From contig OZ246396.1 of assembly GCA_965230905.1 (NCBI GenBank), positions 1,274,354 to 1,306,353 of the forward strand: a DNA stretch of 32,000 bases. Direction: 5' to 3'. Both the position numbers and the translations under genes were made by a program. The notes below the pieces were generated by a model. That model searched no databases and was not told where the DNA came from. It worked only from the letters and a program-made list of their open reading frames with translations. This stretch comes from Candidatus Saccharimonadota bacterium. GTDB taxonomy: Bacteria > Patescibacteriota > Gracilibacteria > UBA1369 > 2-02-FULL-48-14. Numbering within the stretch: position 1 is the first letter of the stretch; every line of letters starts with the position of its first letter. Below are positions 30,915 through 32,000 of the stretch, piece after piece.

Positions 30915-31829
30915 TTAATGAATGTTAAATCTAATCCTCAACAAATGTCTCTCCAGATCTGAAAAAGAAGTTCTGCCATGTAGGATCTCGTGATTATTCA
31001 GGAATAAAACTTGTCCTCTTCTTAAATTAAATCTAATCTGAAGAGATGGATCGTTTAACACCTCATCTAGGTGATCCATGGCTTGAGCAATAGACTGATC
31101 CTTTTCTTTTGGATTCATTGTGTAAGCTCTTTCAATGGTCTCTCTGCGATATCTAATGTATGGAGATTCTCCTATGATGGGAGCTGAAAAAATCTCCAGA
31201 GAATCCTCGGTAGCTGTTGCCGTAAAGGCCGTCGGCACTCGAAAGGGGACTTTCTCTCTACTTAGTATTTCCACTGAATCTCTTAATCCCCTGGCAATTA
31301 ATTCGTGAATCGCCATCCTAGCATCGACCAAAATACTTTCACCTTCACCATTTTTATCTGGATTGAGACACCAAAGACTGACTCCACTCTCAGGCTCAGG
31401 AAAATATTGAGTATCGGTATGAAGACCAGCGTGCCCTTGATGTTCAGAGTAGGTTAAATTATCGCCAGTTTGAGTAGGGTCTGCTTTGATTGGCCACACT
31501 ATATTTTTTTTGACTCTATCTGTGCACGTGGTAACACCTATGAGATTGCTGATCGCAACCATATAGGCCTGCATTAATTCTGGAGAATTCTCGAATTCTT
31601 CAAAGGCGAGACCCTCAGCTAAGCAAAATCTAGTACCCTCATTTAGCCTTTGTATGACTGCTTGAGCAAAGGATTGAAATTTGATTGAGCTTCTAACCTT
31701 TTCATCAATATCACCAATTGGTAAATGGCTAATAGCTTCTAACTCTTCAGGAGAGAGACTAATACTGAGATTGATCTTTTCTGGTGAACTTGCTATCTGG
31801 TTTCTATTCCAAACCTCAAATTTTTCCAT
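30915..31829 (-). CDS. TauD/TfdA-family Fe(II)/2-oxoglutarate dioxygenase (gamma-butyrobetaine-hydroxylase-like)
   Basis: HxD facial-triad motif in GLHTDTQYFPEPESGVSLWCL. The distal His/Arg lie in LNNHEILHGRTSF. First gene of the operon. Confidence 0.8.
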   Translation of the reverse strand: MEKFEVWNRNQIASSPEKINLSISLSPEELEAISHLPIGDIDEKVRSSIKFQSFAQAVIQRLNEGTRFCLAEGLAFEEFENSPELMQAYMVAISNLIGVTTCTDRVKKNIVWPIKADPTQTGDNLTYSEHQGHAGLHTDTQYFPEPESGVSLWCLNPDKNGEGESILVDARMAIHELIARGLRDSVEILSREKVPFRVPTAFTATATEDSLEIFSAPIIGESPYIRYRRETIERAYTMNPKEKDQSIAQAMDHLDEVLNDPSLQIRFNLRRGQVLFLNNHEILHGRTSFSDLERHLLRIRFNIH

Positions 31830-31892
31830 GAGAGTCTTTAAGAGTAGTTCACGATTTTATATTTTTTAAACTTTAAATCAAGGTAAAATTGA

Positions 31893-32000
31893 CCCAAGGG
31901 TAAGATCCACGTGGTCGCTCTACTTCCTTAAAATCTTTTCCATTGCCTTCCCTTTGGCTAATTCATCGATCAATTTATCCATGTAGCGGATTTTTTGCAT
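31893..32000 (+). repeat. 108-nt direct repeat, copy D2 (truncated by the window end)
   Basis: See D1. The offset between copies is exactly 5275 bp. The window ends at the position matching the AT of the MFS ATG, so the repeat and a paralogous gene start may continue. Confidence 0.9.

Noticed and set aside
9202-32000. Integrated mobile genomic island at tRNA-Gln
   Set aside because: There is no integrase, transposase or conjugation gene in the window. The only downstream echo of the tRNA 3' end is a 7-nt match (CCAGCCA near 25315), which is not significant. I kept only the compositional-boundary observation.

Overview
This 32-kb bacterial window uses the standard genetic code (TGA and TAA both act as stops). 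Genes are tightly spaced and almost none has a Shine-Dalgarno motif. I cannot assign a lineage from the sequence. SLH-anchored proteins and SD-poor starts fit an uncultivated, CPR-like lineage, but that is only a guess.

The left part (1 to about 9.3 kb) is GC-richer housekeeping:
- a minus-strand operon of a small membrane gene, an unknown 227-aa gene, gnd and zwf (zwf runs off the window edge and is missing from the ORF track);
- rpmA;
- an SLH-anchored HExxH protein;
- mutY, whose C-terminal domain keeps an intact Nudix box;
- a coiled-coil M23 peptidase;
- a solitary MazF/PemK-like toxin;
- tRNA-Gln(UUG).

Right of the tRNA the DNA is AT-richer and looks accessory:
1. Two convergent copper modules share one 16-bp-stem hairpin. 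One holds a small secreted Met/His/Cys protein, an HMA-permease-cupredoxin fusion and CopZ. The other holds a CsoR-family repressor, a YHS protein, a small membrane protein, CopA and a DUF305 lipoprotein.
2. A membrane-anchored FAD oxidoreductase.
3. A CusBA-like heavy-metal RND pair with no outer-membrane factor. It has a 640-aa adaptor, an unannotated 45-aa His-rich lipoprotein and a small Cys-rich secreted protein.
4. A hyper-acidic SLH protein.
5. Two divergent genes of unknown function.
6. A cassette with a 5275-bp repeat period, bracketed by 108-nt direct repeats (106/108 identical). It carries an MFS transporter and a tightly coupled operon: TauD/TfdA-like dioxygenase, SDR, FolE2/MptA-type GTP cyclohydrolase and an unknown 397-aa protein.

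The cassette operon is my best candidate for an undescribed system, possibly a GTP-derived, pterin-like metabolite pathway. A second intergenic repeat family (about 84 nt, with TGTCTCA iterons) lies on the + strand just 5' of two accessory genes and once abuts a fragment of the 108-nt repeat directly.

All family calls rest on motifs I read in the translations. No database search was run.
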